Source: Escherichia phage vB_EcoS_I14. From it: DNA of 64,000 nt. Below are positions 62,627 through 64,000 of the stretch, one piece after another; positions within the stretch are counted from its first letter, which is position 1, and every line of letters starts with the position of its first letter. A model generated the notes under the pieces. That model was not told the DNA's origin. It saw only the letters and a list, made by a program, of their open reading frames with translations, and did not search any database. The stretch lies in sequence record PP892525.1, one strand, 5' to 3'. The position numbers and the translations under genes are program-made.

Positions 62627-63348
62627 GTATTAAAAAGAATTTAGCAGAGATTATTAAATTAGCTAGAGCTTGTAATGGAAAATGTGTTTCTCAGCTTAAT
62701 GAACTAGAGGCACATGCAGTAGCATTTTGTGCAGAGTTTTATCCTGCATATATTAATGCTAGTGGACAACCTAAGTATAATAAAAATGCGGAAGAAGTTA
62801 CTTTAGCTCCTTCATATATTAGCTTGCGTCGCCTAATCCAAACTGTTGATCCTACTATTAAAGGATTTTCAGCAGACTCATTCCACGTCTTTGCAGATAA
62901 AGAACTCCCACATTTTAAAGAAGGAAATGCAAAGTCATGTCTAGAATGTTATCCAAATATTCTGATGATTCCTCAAAAGCAATGTAAATACGATCATCTC
63001 CCTAGACTTACAAAGAAAGTAGAACCACCTTATTCTTCTCTATCTGAGTTAAAGCTAGGAATTGTATCTACACTTGCGCAGGTTCATCTAAGTATAGTTG
63101 ACGAATCAACAACATCTAACCCTATTCTAGATGCTGCTCACTTTGAAATTTTACGTGATCCTGAACAAGCTAGAAAAGTTGCAAAGTCTGTTAAGTTTGA
63201 TATATCAACAATTCTTGACACTAAACAAGAAACTAGACCTAGAGGAAGTGTAGATTATTCTGCGCTAAATTCCGAGTCATCTTACTTAGCAACATTCCTT
63301 TTCATGGCATCGAAGGGAATCATACTCAAAGTCAATCACGATATATAA
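62623..63348 (+). CDS. hypothetical protein (241 aa)
   Basis: ORF. Confidence 0.5.
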   Translation: MSIKKNLAEIIKLARACNGKCVSQLNELEAHAVAFCAEFYPAYINASGQPKYNKNAEEVTLAPSYISLRRLIQTVDPTIKGFSADSFHVFADKELPHFKEGNAKSCLECYPNILMIPQKQCKYDHLPRLTKKVEPPYSSLSELKLGIVSTLAQVHLSIVDESTTSNPILDAAHFEILRDPEQARKVAKSVKFDISTILDTKQETRPRGSVDYSALNSESSYLATFLFMASKGIILKVNHDI

Positions 63349-63365
63349 ACGTTAACGAAAAATTC

Positions 63366-63394
63366 TTGACATTATTTGAGCTGTATGTTATAAT
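63366..63394 (+). promoter_or_regulatory. consensus sigma70 promoter: -35 TTGACA, -10 TATAAT, reading into the repeat region
   Basis: TTGACA 63366-63371, 17 bp spacer, TATAAT 63389-63394; no ORF follows. Confidence 0.65.
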
Positions 63395-63687
63395 AATCTC
63401 ATAGATTAAAAACATCAACTTGTTTTTACCTCTAGGCCGTAGATTTACATCATTCCTCGTAGGAAAACACTTGATGACGGTTCTGGTACAGGTTCTCGTC
63501 AATTGTTCTTCCACACCGAGACTTAGGAGGATGTATCAAATCGCACGCGCCTAGAGGGGCTAACTCTCATGAAATGGGGGTATATTTACTTTTAAATAAC
63601 TAAAAATATTTAAAGGCAATATCTGTGTTCAAGATGATACACCTGTTGCCGCTCATCTGCTAGGATGGTACAACACTTTCTTCTAGA

Positions 63688-63935
63688 CTCCTAAGTTTCT
63701 AGGAATACTCACCCTTTCTAGGGCGGTTCTCCTAAGTTTCTAGGAACATATACTAGGCGGTTTAATACAGGGCGGTTTAATACAGGGCGGTTTAATACAG
63801 GGCGGTTATTGGGAGGGCGGTTATTTCTAGAAGACATTTTTCTAAAACACATTTCCAGAAATTACTGTCGGATTTGCACACTGACATAAGTTTAAAAACT
63901 GGTCGGATTTGCACAATCGCCTAAGTTTTTAGGAA
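63688..63935. repeat. three copies of an 18 bp repeat (C-T/G-CCTAAGTTT-C/T-TAGGAA, centred on a short palindrome) and two copies of GTCGGATTTGCACA
   Basis: copies at 63688, 63729 and 63918; GTCGGATTTGCACA at 63867 and 63902. Confidence 0.7.
63721..63825. repeat. iteron-like direct repeat array (GGCGGTTTAATACAG x3 plus degenerate GGGCGGTT units)
   Basis: tandem 15 bp units from 63757 to 63800 with flanking GGGCGGTTCT, GGCGGTTATT and GGGCGGTTAT. Confidence 0.75.
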
Positions 63936-64000
63936 CATATAATCTCCTGAAAATGGCAGCATTATTTCGGGCCGAAGGCCCATGATTGCCTGAGTTTTTA

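Noticed and set aside
63757-63800. Tandem 15 bp repeats as a CRISPR array
   Set aside because: Units are contiguous with no spacers, are too short, and no cas genes are present; more consistent with iterons.

Overview
This window reads as the early region of a T5-like (Tequintavirus-type) lytic phage; that attribution rests on gene content and promoter architecture, not on a database search. Positions 1-22014 are a minus-strand block: SF2 helicase, family A DNA polymerase, primase, DnaB-like helicase, an NAD-dependent DNA ligase encoded as two ORFs, a large P-loop ATPase, a HAD phosphatase, a Sir2-like protein and anaerobic ribonucleotide reductase NrdD. Positions 22367-63348 are a plus-strand block: PhoH, NrdA/NrdB, DHFR, thymidylate synthase, RNase H, an array of about 27 tRNA genes interleaved with small ORFs and homing-endonuclease-like genes, a GrcA-like glycyl radical cofactor, dNMP kinase, a lysis cluster and two metallophosphatases. 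About 30 near-identical promoters (TTGCTA/TTGCTT, 17 bp spacer, TATAAT, then a conserved CATAAATTGATGAG start region) and about 12 hairpin plus T-tract terminators punctuate both blocks. The most unusual material is inside the tRNA array: several tRNA-like or stem-clamped RNAs that do not fold as canonical tRNAs, and tRNAs whose scaffold type and anticodon appear mismatched. All coordinates and motif calls were made by hand from the sequence; tRNA folds and domain assignments need confirmation with tRNAscan-SE/ARAGORN and HMM searches.
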